The notes beneath the pieces are model-generated. The model had not been told where the DNA came from. It did not search any database and saw only the letters and a list, made by a program, of their open reading frames with translations. The translations under genes were made by a program, and so were the position numbers. From Callorhinchus milii (lineage: Eukaryota), in the NCBI RefSeq assembly GCF_018977255.1, contig NW_024704743.1, forward strand, positions 104,780,001-104,844,000: a DNA stretch of 64,000 bases, read 5' to 3'. Position 1 is the first letter of the stretch, and every line of letters starts with the position of its first letter. Positions 51,990 to 63,285 of this stretch are shown here, one piece after another.

Positions 51990-52605
51990 TTGGCTCAGAA
52001 ATAGCTCTCTTGCTTCCAAGTCAGAAAGTTGTGGCTTTAATCCCACTTCAGGACCTGAATGCCCATAGTCTAATATGACACTCCAATGCAGTTCTGAGGG
52101 CATTTTGGATTGTCGGAGATGCTGTCCTTTGGATGAGATGTTAAAGCGATATCCCATCTGCCTGTTCAGGTGGACGTGAAGAATCCCATGGAACTATTCA
52201 AAAACAGAAGGGTGCTTCTCCCAGTACCCTGGCCAATAATCTCCCAAATAAAAAAAATGGTGATTTGTTTCATGGCTGCTTGTGGGACAATTGCTGTTGT
52301 GAGCAATTGTGCTACATTCGGCTACAAAATACAGTCACTTCTTGTTGTTATTGTTGTCCAGGACATGGGAGAAATTCCCTTCTCCTTTCGATTAGTGCAA
52401 TGGGATCTTTAACATTTATCTACACAGGCAGAAAGGCCTTGGTTTAATGTCTCATCCAAAAGTCATCATTCCAACAATGAAGCACACCCCCAGCACTATA
52501 GTAGAGCATCAGCTTAGACTTTATGAATTCTATGTCCCAACATGTGGCTTCTACTTAAAATCTTCCAACTCCAAGGAGAGAGTGCAATCAACTGAGCCAG
52601 GCAAA
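51990..52605. mobile_element. Two Deu-domain SINEs in opposite orientation (+ about 51990-52340; - about 52355-52605)
   Basis: Plus copy: tggctcagaaatagctctcttgcttccaagtcagaa...ggatgagatgttaaa...caggtggacgtgaagaatcccatgg. Minus copy: tagtgcaatgggatctttaacat...ggtttaatgtctcatccaaa...tcaactgagcc. Confidence 0.78.
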
Positions 52606-54540
52606 CACACAATAGCCAAAGCCGCTACTCACAACTCCAAAGCAGAATGTTAGTCCATCAATGTCTAGGCTACCACAAGAAGAATAGTCATTTGGGAGAG
52701 CTTGTGGAGCATATGCAGGACAAATGGACAGTATGGCATAGTCTAATGGTCTCAACAGAAGAAGGAAAAGCCAAAGAGGTTACAAAACAATCAGAACATG
52801 GTCTGCTGCTTTGAATTAGTTGAAATGGCTAATACCATTATAAAAACACCTGCAATTGTGAAAAATTGAGCAACTGCATAAGCAATTTATTTCAATTTCT
52901 CTCTGTGCACTGTGGCAAATCAATAAGGAAGTGTCCAACTGGTAATAGACCAGAACTGCATGAAGCAATTCAATTAAATAAGAGAACAGTAATATCCCAC
53001 TGGAATCAGAACCTCTGCTTTCAAAATGAAGACACTATTAAGGATCCAGTCATATCACTTAAAGTGAGCATTCAGTAAACTTCCCTGCTCAGTAAGCGCA
53101 CAGGGAATTTGGTATAGTGAGTAAACAAACAGCAGGATCAGGAAGTGAAAGATTGCAGGCCAACCAGCAGACAGAAAGCTACCAGAAAGCCAAGTCTGGG
53201 AACTCCAGGAAATAATTAAAGAAGGGGGATCCTTAAAAGATATGAAGTCCAAAATTTGACCTTATCTTAGCCTGGAGACCTTTTTTGTCTTGAAATTTAA
53301 GATCGCGCAGAATTGGTGAACATTTGTAAAATCAGTTTTAAGAGTTATGTTTTGCAAAGTTCTTAAAAAGGAATTTGCTTTCCAAGACTGAATTTAAGAA
53401 TTTTCCACAATTATGATTTAACCTATAATACAGTAACTCTTACAAGCTAAGTCTAATTTGAATTTGAGGCCTGCAAAGGGAGTTTAACTTGTGTTGATTG
53501 TGACTTTCAGTTTGTGAATATCAGATTGTAAAATTTCCTTCCTGTAAATACTCTCTGTTCTTGGCGAAAATTGCGAAATACACTGATCCCCAATTATAAT
53601 ACAGCAAATCCTGGGTAATTTATCTAATCCCACATCCCCACCATTCAGTTTTGGTTTGCACTACCTTCTTGACAACATTCTTCATTCTGCTCTCCCCAGC
53701 ACCGGATGGAGACAGATGAACCATGCATTTCCTGTGGAGCATTTGTTCATCTGAAACTGCACTTTCTCGCTCCTCCTCTGCTAATTGCAAGCAGATACCT
53801 GTCAAGTTCTTTTTCTAAAATATAATTGATAAGATGGAAAATAAGATAAAAGTAGCAACAAAAAGACTTTCTGAACAAGTACATGTACACGAGTTGTAGA
53901 GTTGTAGTGGAGGTGTATCAGACTAGTTGTTCGGGAGTTGTAGAGGTCACCAACTCATGGGTTAAATAATCAACAATAAAAACAAAAGGAAGACCAAAAG
54001 AGCCAAGAAGTAGAAAAAATTCTCAAATGACCAAGAGGTCAATAAAGATTAAGTGAAGCAGAGCAAAATATGAAAATTTAATTGTAATTAGGAACTGGTC
54101 AAACAAGAGAGGATTAAAGGAAGGACTGAAAGGGTCAAAATTCCAAACTTAGCTTTAATAAAGTGGCTTGGGTAATGATGGTGGAATTGTTTTAATGCTA
54201 AATTTGGCAATTCTGGTGCCTCTTTTTACCATAAGGCCAGAAGCAGTTTGGGGTTGGAGTACCATCGGGTGCTCTATTAAGGCGGAACATGGAGCTGCTG
54301 AAGGCTATAACTGTTCATTCTCTGCATAATGAAGTTCAATGGGGAAAGTATGCTTTGCTAATGAGACTTGCACATGCGCCGTCATTGGCACAGTACGTTT
54401 GTCATTGTTTGCATGCAAGGATACAAATAACCATGAAGTGAAGAAGTAGATGGACCTCACTTTAAACATCTCATCCAAAGCATGGCATCTCCAACGAGGC
54501 AGCACTGCAAATGTCAGCGTATACTAGAGCTAAAATTACC

Positions 54541-54650
54541 TAAAATAAAAACAGAAGTCGCTGGGAACACTCAGCAGGTCAGGCAGTATCTATGGAGAAA
54601 GGAAAGTGAGTCAATGTTTCAGGTCCAATACCCTTCGTCAGAACTCTCTT
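54541..54650 (-). mobile_element. Penelope-like retroelement terminal fragment carrying the hammerhead
   Basis: Family motif ctgggaacactcagcaggtcaggcag(c/t)atct(a/c)tggagaaa...gagtcaa(c/t)gttt, seen six times in the window. Strand is given as the hammerhead sense. Confidence 0.7.
54608..54646 (-). ncRNA. Minimal type-I hammerhead ribozyme motif within a Penelope-like fragment
   Basis: Minus strand GAGUU-CUGACGA-A-GGGU-auugg-ACCU-GAAA-CAUU-GACUC: core boxes CUGANGA and GAAA, stem II GGGU/ACCU, stem I GAGUU/GACUC, NUH triplet AUU. Stem III is reduced to ACAU; sister copies at about 43197 and 55056 have palindromic ACGU. Confidence 0.7.
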
Positions 54651-54949
54651 TATTATCAGGGAAGCCCATGGAATTATACAGGCTTTGACACATAGTTTTC
54701 AACGGTTCTCTGATTAGTTCGTCCATCCTGTTTATATATGGGTGATATTGACTTTGGAAGTGAAACTGACACATGTTTTCAATGCACTCCATTACATGCA
54801 CTAACACTATTTAGATATGGCTGAGTGCACATAACAGAAACAAATATTGTTTCATCTGTGCCATAATAAAAGTAGTTGGACTTTTTCTGTTTGCTCTATG
54901 CAGGCTACAAGCTATATATTCAGATCTATAACAACTGAACATTTTAACT

Positions 54950-55163
54950 GAAAACCAAAACATAAGTTGCTGGGAACACTTAGTAGGGCAGACAGCATCT
55001 CTGGAGAAAAGAAAGCGAGTCAACATTTTGGGTCCACAACCCGAATGGACCCAAAACGTTGACTCACTTTCCTTTCTCCAAAGATGCTGCCTGACCTGCT
55101 GAGTGTTCCCAGCAACTTCTGTTTTGGTTTTCAGATTTCCAGCATCTGCAGTATTTTGTGTTT
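54950..55163. mobile_element. Penelope-like insertion of two inverted fragments, 14-bp TSD
   Basis: Arms 54948-55036 and 55046-55134 (9 mismatches in 89 bp), 9-nt spacer, flanked by TGAACATTTTAACT at 54936-54949 and 55164-55177. Confidence 0.8.
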
Positions 55164-55267
55164 TGAACATTTTAACTTCCTTGTTTCCTTGATAATATTA
55201 ATGTCTTGATTTCTTGATTATATCTTTGCTCTGATTTTTATTCTAAAATCTTAATCATAAAAAAGTC

Positions 55268-55545
55268 TAGGCTGGGAAAAGCACTGTAGTGTCAAAGGTG
55301 CCATTGTTCAGATGTCACCGAGGTACATTTGTTCAGGTGGACTTTAAAGATTAGATGACTCTATTCAAAGAGAGAAGGGAGTTTCTCCCTGGATGACAAT
55401 CCTTTAGATAAATTTGTAATTCACTTCATACCTCTTTGTGTGATTTTGATGTGCACAATTGATTACCACATCTGCCTTCATATACAAAGACACTCACTAC
55501 ACTTGACTGTGAAGTAATTATTTTTTAAACGTTGAGATGTTTTAA
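55268..55545 (+). mobile_element. Degraded Deu-domain SINE
   Basis: gtgtcaaaggtgcc...gttcaggtggactttaaaga...ctattcaaagagagaagggagtttctccctgg. Confidence 0.65.
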
Positions 55546-55759
55546 TGTTATAGACCCCATAATCAATTTACACATCATGTACCTGTTCTCTGTTCCTATT
55601 GATAGTGTCTACATTCTAAACACAGAATTCCTTTGCAAAACTTGGTGATTTTTCTTCATGAATGTAATTATTTGTGAGTGGGAAGTTCCATAAAAATGTA
55701 TACTTCCTTTCAGAACAAATGAAAAAAAACAAAGCTCAGCTAAAAAATGATTCACACTT

Positions 55760-55878
55760 GTCCTGAAATGTTGACCCACTTTCTTTTCTCCATAGATGCT
55801 GCCTGAGCTGCTGAGTGTTTCCAGCAATCTCTGTTTTTGTTTCAGATTTCCAGCATCTTCAGTATTTTGCGTTTTATA
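55760..55878 (+). mobile_element. Penelope-like terminal fragment
   Basis: ctgaaatgttgacccac...ccatagatgctgcctgagctgctgagtgtttccagca...cagatttccagcatc, same family as 55046-55163. Confidence 0.7.
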
Positions 55879-56249
55879 CTTTGCCTTAACTAACTGAGCA
55901 CTGTATTTACAGTGAGTGGACATTTCTTGTTCTATTTAATTCTCAGCCCTGATGAAAAGTATTCAGTCAGATAAATTCGAACTAACTAGCTTCTAAAAAT
56001 CACATATAGAGTCACTGAGGAATAGAGCCATTTTAGTATCTGGAGCATTTAGCTGCCACTTATACAATAAGTCATTTTGAGGAGGCCACTTCACAGAACT
56101 GAGTTCAGCTTGAAATTGAACAGCATTGGTTGACTTTCATTTAAAGGCCTTTTGGTTTATTCAGTGAGAGTTTTACTGATTTATTCTCCTGTCAATGTAT
56201 CTGACTTTCAATTCACTGACTGCCACTCTATCTCACAGTATGTGCAATG

Positions 56250-56600
56250 CAACACAAAATTACATTTGTAAAGCGCCTTTCACGTCAGGAGAATGTCGCG
56301 AGGTGCTAAACAGTCAGGGATTAGGGATTAGGACCCGAGTCGGGTTGGGTGGGGTAATTGGGATCAGGGAGGGTGGAGGGCAGAGAGGGTAGGATGGTGG
56401 CCAAAGGGTTTGTTTGAAGAGGAGAGTCTTGAGGCGTGCCTTGAAGAAGGCAAGGGAGGGAGTGAGGCAAAGGAAATGTGGATGGAGTGCCAAAGGGTGG
56501 GGGCAGAGAGGCTGAAGGCCCGACTGCCGATCATGGGGCAGGCCGGGCACGGCGGGGGACATGGAGCACGCCACAGCTTGCTGAGTGGAGGAAGCAGACA
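56250..56600 (-). mobile_element. L2-clade LINE 3' fragment
   Basis: IGSRAFSLSAPTLWHS...FFKARLKTLLFKQ across frames; tail tgacgtgaaaggcgctttacaaatgtaa. Confidence 0.85.
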
Positions 56601-57830
56601 TGTTGAAGTACTGTAGTTTGGTTCAGCAATCTTACAATTATATACAGATTCCATAAGAACCACTCCAGAGAAGATTACACATTGAACAACTAATGGGATG
56701 AAATTCTTGAAGTTCACAGTCCATATGATATTTAGTGTATTGAATGGACTTACGAGTTGTGTGTTATAGACTTCTCCCTTCCCCCTCTCACACACAGACA
56801 TACCCATTCAATGGCATTCACAACGGTTCATTGGCGAAACTGGATTCATGCATTGAGCCTTTGGTTTGTGGATCTGTTTAGCAGGATATCAGATATGTGT
56901 TTTGCTTCTAAAATGCAGTATCTCATTAACTGCCAGACCATCTGTCTGCCAGAAGCGTAACGCTTTAGACCAAGCTTCTCACACAACAACAATAACTTGA
57001 ATTTAAATACCATCCCGGAGCACTTGACTTGACTCCATATTGAGAACAGAATTATTGGGTTAGGGTTAGGTTAGAACCCTAAGTTCTACTCCTGGCCATT
57101 CAATGCCATTAATATCAACCCTCCTGCAGTGGAACACACCAATTTCCCCTGCCCAGAAGGGAAACATATGGTGGCTGAAAGGAGTAGAACATATTGATAT
57201 AAGATTGCTCAGGAAAGAGTACCAGAAACAGGGGTCAGGATGCCTGCGTGTACCAAGACACTGTATTTCAAGTCACATTCTCCTATGGAGGTGTGGGTTC
57301 AAATACCATTACTGACAAAAAAAATCATTTAATAGATGTGAGAAACTCTGGGCAAATTCTCAGCAGGTTCCTAATAGTATTAGTGGACCAAAAGCAGTCT
57401 TGTGTGGACAACGTGTAAGTAGGGAGGATGTGTTGCTACCAGTGTTGTGTGATGCACATTGCTGTTGGCCAATAAACTTTTGGTTCCAACTATATTTGGT
57501 TTCAACTATTATTGGCCCAACACGTACTACATGACAAGAGATTTGTGTAACAAATGAAGCACAACATTGCCAAAAACAAGACATTGGTTATCAAATAAAC
57601 CAGATGCTTATTTACAGCCACATACAGAAAGTGTAATTGTGATCATTAAATTTCCCAAATTAATTCAGCAATTACCAAGAATGTTGTTGTTTGTTTGAGA
57701 ATTTTATAAGTGCCCAGATGTTACCAAAGCTTCCAGATGTTGGCTGCTGAAAAGTACCACCAATAGAGTTCTAAGGAAGTCTCGCAAAATCCATCACTCA
57801 GACTTTTGTCTAAATAGTTTAGAAAATATG

Positions 57831-57983
57831 AACAACAACAAAATTACATTCGTATAGCACCTTTCACGTTGGGAGGACGTCCCAAGGCGCTGGACAGACA
57901 AGAGTTATGGACCTGAGCTGGGGGTTGGAGTGGGGGAGGGTGGAGGGCAGGTAGGGAAGCAGGGAGATCGAAAGCACGGTCGA
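57831..57983 (-). mobile_element. L2 3' UTR/tail fragment
   Basis: Reverse complement resembles 43900-44086 (tcgaccgtgctttcg...cagcgccttgggacgtcctcccaacgtgaaaggtgctata...(ttg)n). Confidence 0.75.
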
Positions 57984-58937
57984 TATCACCAAATGCTCTA
58001 AAATTTTATTTGTATTAATTCATTAGGAATGGCAAAAATAGATTGCTGAGCTGACACTTTGAGGGTGCAACATGTAGAGTGTGATGTGATAGCTATCACA
58101 TTGTTGTATATTCTGTTCCTGGAGATGCCTCAGTCTTGTAATACAGATGAACTATTTTCAACTGTAAATAGCTGTGCTCACTGTTTTCTTCATTCTTTCT
58201 GTTAACACTTGGCAATAAGTGCCTGAAGAAATGTGAACTTTTAGCACTGAGTCTTGTGAGCAACATACACTATAGAGTAAAATATGTAGCACTTCACAAT
58301 TTTGGAACCAATTTTTTATATTAATTTGATAATAATATATATTATTGATACTCTAATAATTTTTAATAAGTTGTGATAATTACCACTATCTGATAACTAT
58401 CAAACAGTTCATCACCTTTCCATCATATGAGATTTAATTATGACTGGTGATAATTAGCACATCAAATCTTTTGTAAAATGCAGTTTATTTTACCCATATA
58501 CAACAACAAACTTGCACTTATATAGCACCCTCCAGCCAGTGTAGTGTCTCAGAGAGCTTGATGCCTTTTTTTTGGCAGCTGAATTTTAACACATACGATA
58601 TGCCTTGATCATGTGATATATATACATCAAGAGATTGAAAGATAATTCATATGTGTGAACGTGTGAGAAATAATAGTTTGTAGGAGTGAAGGGATGATCA
58701 CTTATAACATCTTATTTCACAATGATCAGTAAGTGGTCAAAATGTCAATAGTTTCAAATATTTTGGAAAGTTAGAACAATTCTGAAATTATCTCCTAAAA
58801 ACAATAGGGCTTGGAGAGTTTAGTATGTGCCTTGATAATTACTACTTGTAATAATTATCACATTACATATCTCAGCCCCAATAAATGCTGGAAATATACA
58901 GATGAATCAAAGTCTGTGTGAATTTTGTCAGTGTATC

Positions 58938-59840
58938 AGCCTGCCTCAGATGGTAGCTTTCTCCCCAAATCAGAAGGTTATGGGTTTAAGCCCCACATCA
59001 GCACTTTGAACTCACTTAGGTTAACATTCTAGTGCAGTGCTTGCAGTATGTGGCATTGTTGAAGTTACTGTCCTTCGGATGAGCTGTTAAACCAATATCC
59101 TGTCTGCCTGTTCAAGTGGACATTAAACTTCCCATGGTACTATGGAGATGGGACTGATGTTTAGGCATCTGGGTGAAGTCTTCTCGTAGCTTGCAAGTCA
59201 TTAACAATTCTCTCTCTCTTTTCTTACCCCCAACCCCGACCCCGATCCCAAATGAATCACTGCCTTGCAAACCACAAAAGCGAGAGGGCCTGGGTTCGAT
59301 TCCAGGGCGGGTCAGGTCGGGGCGAAACCTTAGGCAAGTTTCTTTACTCCAAATAGACACAATCCTCTGTTTATCTAGCACTAAGCAGGAACCTGCTTGT
59401 TAGTCAATTGGCAGATCGATAAGATATAGCGGGAGTAATAATCCCTTCAATAAAAAATAATTCAAAATAATAATAATGTGGTCACTCAATCCAAGACTGT
59501 TTGTGGGACACCGCTGTGCACAATTGTCTGCGGCGTTTCACACACAAAATACAGTCACTACACTTTACAGTATACTCTGTGAAGCGCTTTGAGATGGCTC
59601 AATGATGTGATAAAGGGCTATATCAAATGCAAGGATTATTATATATCTGTAAAGAATTATTATTATTACTATTCGAGAAGAGCATTTCTCCCAGTGCTTA
59701 AGGGTAACAATCTTCAAGATAATATTGGTCATTCATTTCATGGCTGATTGTGGGACACTGCTGTGTGCATATTGATTGTTGCTACACTTGTCCCTCCACT
59801 TTACTGCAAATCCTGTGATGGTCTCCTCATATGAATGGTA
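58938..59840 (+). mobile_element. Deu-domain SINE split by an insertion (host parts 58938-59143 and 59667-59840)
   Basis: The core ...caagtggacattaaacttcccatggTACTAT resumes as TACTATtcgagaagagc after the insert. Confidence 0.78.
59278..59642 (+). mobile_element. Young tRNA-derived SINE, 5'-clipped, nested in an older Deu-SINE
   Basis: aagcgagagggcctgggttcgattcc...ctctgtttatctagcactaagcaggaacc...gctatatcaaatgcaaggattatt. Confidence 0.85.
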
Positions 59841-60437
59841 CTTCACTGATTATTATTTCATTAAAGTTTCATGCTACTCTTCATAAAACTTTTACTTTTC
59901 ATAGGCTGATAGCCTACTACACTTCTCCAGTATTTTCTGTTCAGCTCAAATTATTTCTCAGGTGTTTCCATCATTGTAAGGCATTCACTTGAAACAATGG
60001 AATTTGGGAGGAGGGGGCTTGCATCATGATACAGATGACTGCTCTTTCTCCACTGAATATATTTGCACAATACTGTATGTTATCAGAACTACAGACTGAA
60101 CCAAACAAGGCTCATTTATTCCATTCTCATAGTGCTGGCTGAAACCCTATTACAGTAATGTGCTGCATTGCCAGAGGTGCTGTCTTTTAGATGTTAACTA
60201 AAACCTGCCTCAACAGTGGCAGATCAGAGCAGCTCAACATTCAAATCGGTCCTTGTGGGGGGCATCACAGCTAAGGATCATTGAATAAGAATCAACAGTC
60301 TTGGCTGATGCTCCAGGATTGTGCTGGGGAATCACTCCATTGTTGGGCGTGCATGTGTCTTTCAGAATGCTACGTAGGTCCCTCTTTGCCTGTATAAGTG
60401 AACGTTGAAGATCTAATAGCCCAATTCAAACGTAGAT

Positions 60438-60590
60438 TTACATAGAATTGCATAGAATCTACAACAATGAAACAGGCCATTCATCCCAAATAGTCTGTGT
60501 TTGTGTTTATGCCACATGAACCTCCACCTATCCTAATCCTTACTCTCCAGGGGCCCCATACCTCTCTATTCCCTTAAACCCTCATGAACA
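60438..60590 (-). mobile_element. CR1 3' end
   Basis: acatagaattgcatagaatctacaacaatgaaacaggccattcatcccaaatagtctgtg; a similar copy lies at about 11215-11290. Confidence 0.6.
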
Positions 60591-61470
60591 TTGCTGGGAG
60601 ATTTTTCTGGCCAGATGAAATGGTCAGTCACCTCCTGGCTGTTTACATAACTGGCTGCTGCAAATTATTGCCATGTTTGCTTATAAGTAGTTATGACACT
60701 TGACAATAATCACTGTAAAATATTTTGAGTATTTTACAATAATAATCCTCATATTTGGTATAGCGTATTTCATATCAGGAAGATGTCACAAAGCAATTCA
60801 CACTGTAAAAACCCTGGGCTTTCTAGATGTATTTTGAACTGGGCACTAACAATTCTAAGTTCATTAATAGTTTTATTTGGGGTACGCAAAATTGATGTTC
60901 ATCGAGAGAGAGGATTTTCTTTTACAAATGACTGCAAATACTTTGCCTGAACCTCAAAGACTTAATCTTGTGTCCACTGCAGGGAAATCAAGTGCAAGTC
61001 ATGACTCTCTGTTTTAGTTCCAGAAATACAGATTCTAATCAGTAGGTGTGAAAGAAATCTCAAAAGCTTTGAGTTATCACATGAAAATCCATGGAAGAAT
61101 TGGAGCATGTCCTAGAATTTTACCATTCGTCAGGGATAGCTATTGATCAACCACAGGTTTCATTGTAAGATGATATTTCTCTGCTCCTCATCAAGTCAAT
61201 ACAGTTTTGGTCCCATTGAATCCAAGCACTTCCATAACAGATGTGACTTAACAAATGCAGTTTGAAATCTCAATGAATGAGGTGGCTTGTCAGAACAATT
61301 GGATTCCTCGCTACGCTCCAGGAGACTAATGCTCGCGTGTCATAACAAAAGACGATAAGAGCTAAGAAAATCCACTCCATCTGATTAGAACATTGAAGAA
61401 GACATATTTTGCAAATGCCTATAAGCTGAAAAAGATCTCATCTGAATGCATCAATTTAATTCCAAAAGAC

Positions 61471-61550
<80 letters not shown>
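61471..61550. repeat. (ATA)n microsatellite, about 26 units
   Basis: Perfect trinucleotide run; it produces the poly-Ile stretch in ORF 61393-61629. Confidence 0.97.
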
Positions 61551-61730
61551 CCTTGCATTTGATATAGCGCTTTTCAAGTCAGGAGGACGTCCCAAAGCGC
61601 TTCACAGAACACAGTGTAAAGTGAATTGACTGTATATTTGTGGGCGAACGCGGCAGCCAATTGCGCAAAGCAATGTCCCACAAACAGTCGTGGATTGAAA
61701 ATGACCAATTTATTATTGTTTTGTTTTTTG
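61471..61730 (-). mobile_element. SINE 3' half with an expanded tail microsatellite
   Basis: ccttgcatttgatatagcgcttttc...cggcagccaattgcgc...cccacaaacagtcgtggattga, preceded by (ATA)n. Confidence 0.85.
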
Positions 61731-61840
61731 TTTTGGAGGGGCTGTTTTTGGTGCTGGGCAATAGTAATTTCACACACATCACATATATGTGATGTGTGCG
61801 AAATAGTAATTTCTTAATACATCCCCTGGTTCTTCTGAGT

Positions 61841-62580
61841 AAAACACATTGCATTAGTAGCATCAGAATCTAACATATTCTGGTCTGTATTAATAGTAAC
61901 TTTTGTTTTGCTATTTTTTCCCACATTATAAAGATATAGCGGAAAAGAGAACAGAAAACAGAAGACCCTAGACCACAATAGTAATATGCATCAATAAATA
62001 TGAGCGGTTGTTTCCCTAATGGCTAAGCTTTCCTATATAAAAAAATTATAAGACATCATTAAACCTGATTACTTTGGGTGATTTCTATTCATTGAGATTA
62101 GAGTTTTTGGTGATGGTCAATAGTAATTCAAAAGCTGTAGTTATTAAAAAGAATTGGCTGCTAAATTAGGACAGAATTTATGAATTTTGCTAAATTCTCT
62201 CTGAGAGACCTTAAACATTAAGACAATATATTCTGACAAGCTAAGCTCGTCTCTTCCAAGCAGGTCTTTGAATTTTTTTTAAAACACATCGCATTAGAGG
62301 CATCAGAATCTAACATATTCTGGTCTGTATTAATAGTAACTTTTTTTTGCTATTTTTCCCCGCATTATAAAGATATAGTGGAAAGGAGAACAGAAAACAG
62401 AAGAAACTAGACCCCAATGGTAATATGCATCAATAAATATGAGCGGTTGTTTCCCTTTATTTATCCCCAAAATTTATGAATTTTGCTACAATTCTCTCTG
62501 GGAGATCTTAAATTTTAAGACAATATATTCTGATAAGCTAAGCTTGTCTCTTCTAACCAGGTCTTCGAATTGTTTTTTAT
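61841..62580. repeat. Local tandem duplication: 440-bp unit (61841-62280) and an internally deleted second copy (62281 to about 62580)
   Basis: Both copies start aaaacacat(t/c)gcattag..gcatcagaatctaacatattctggtctgtattaatagtaac and end aagacaatatattctga(c/t)aagctaagct...caggtctt(t/c)gaatt. Confidence 0.93.
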
Positions 62581-62702
62581 AAAAACTATCTTGTACACTG
62601 GTATTGTTGAGTTACAATCAAGCAAGATCAGCAAGAGAGTTTCAGATGAAAAGGTCCTTTGGTCCATTCTAAATTCCCTTCAAAATCCTAAATAGTTCTA
62701 CA

Positions 62703-63285
62703 GCAACAACTTGCATTTATATAGCGCCCTTCATGACGGACATGATCTCAAGAGTGCTTAACAGTGGCGGAGCCTGATGGCGAGCAATGGGGAGGGGGAA
62801 GGTGACCGTAGACACGGTTGAAGAAGAAGGTCTTCAAGCGCAACCTGAGAATGGGGAGAGAAGGTAGAAGGCATTGAAGGAGAGAGTTCCACAGTTTCAG
62901 GGCATAGAGGCTGAAAGCACGGTTGCCAATGGTGGGACGTAGGGTGTAGGGGACAAGGAGGAGGCTGGAGCCAGTCGAGTGGAGGCAGCGGGTAGTGGTG
63001 TAGGGAGAGAGCAGGTTGGAGAGATAAGGTAGTTGTAGGGCGTGAAGGGATTTATATGCAACAGTGAGTATCTTGAAATTGATCCGCTCTGTGACAAGGA
63101 ACCAATGAAGTTTGACAAGGACTAGGATAATGGAGGTACGGAGTTTAGTGCAGGTGAGAATGCAAGCCATGGAGTCTTGAATTAGTTGAATTTTGTGAAT
63201 AGTGGAGCAGGAGAGACCAGCGAGGAGGGCTTTTGAGTAGTCGAGGCGGGAGGTGACGAAGACCTGGACGAGGGTGTTGACAGGG
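62703..63285 (-). mobile_element. L2-clade LINE 3' fragment
   Basis: Translation VTSRLDYSKALLAGL...HWFLVTERINFKILTVAYKSLH...PYLSNLL...GNRAFSLYALKLWNSL...LKTFFF, followed by the tail gggcgctatataaatgcaagttgttg. Confidence 0.9.

Noticed and set aside
55949-55990. CTGATGA near the Penelope-like cluster
   Set aside because: No downstream GAAA box with paired stems.
57057-57075. Telomere-like gggttagggttaggttag
   Set aside because: Only about three imperfect units; too short to call an interstitial telomere.
61393-61629. ORF with a poly-Ile tract
   Set aside because: Translation of the (ATA)n SINE tail.
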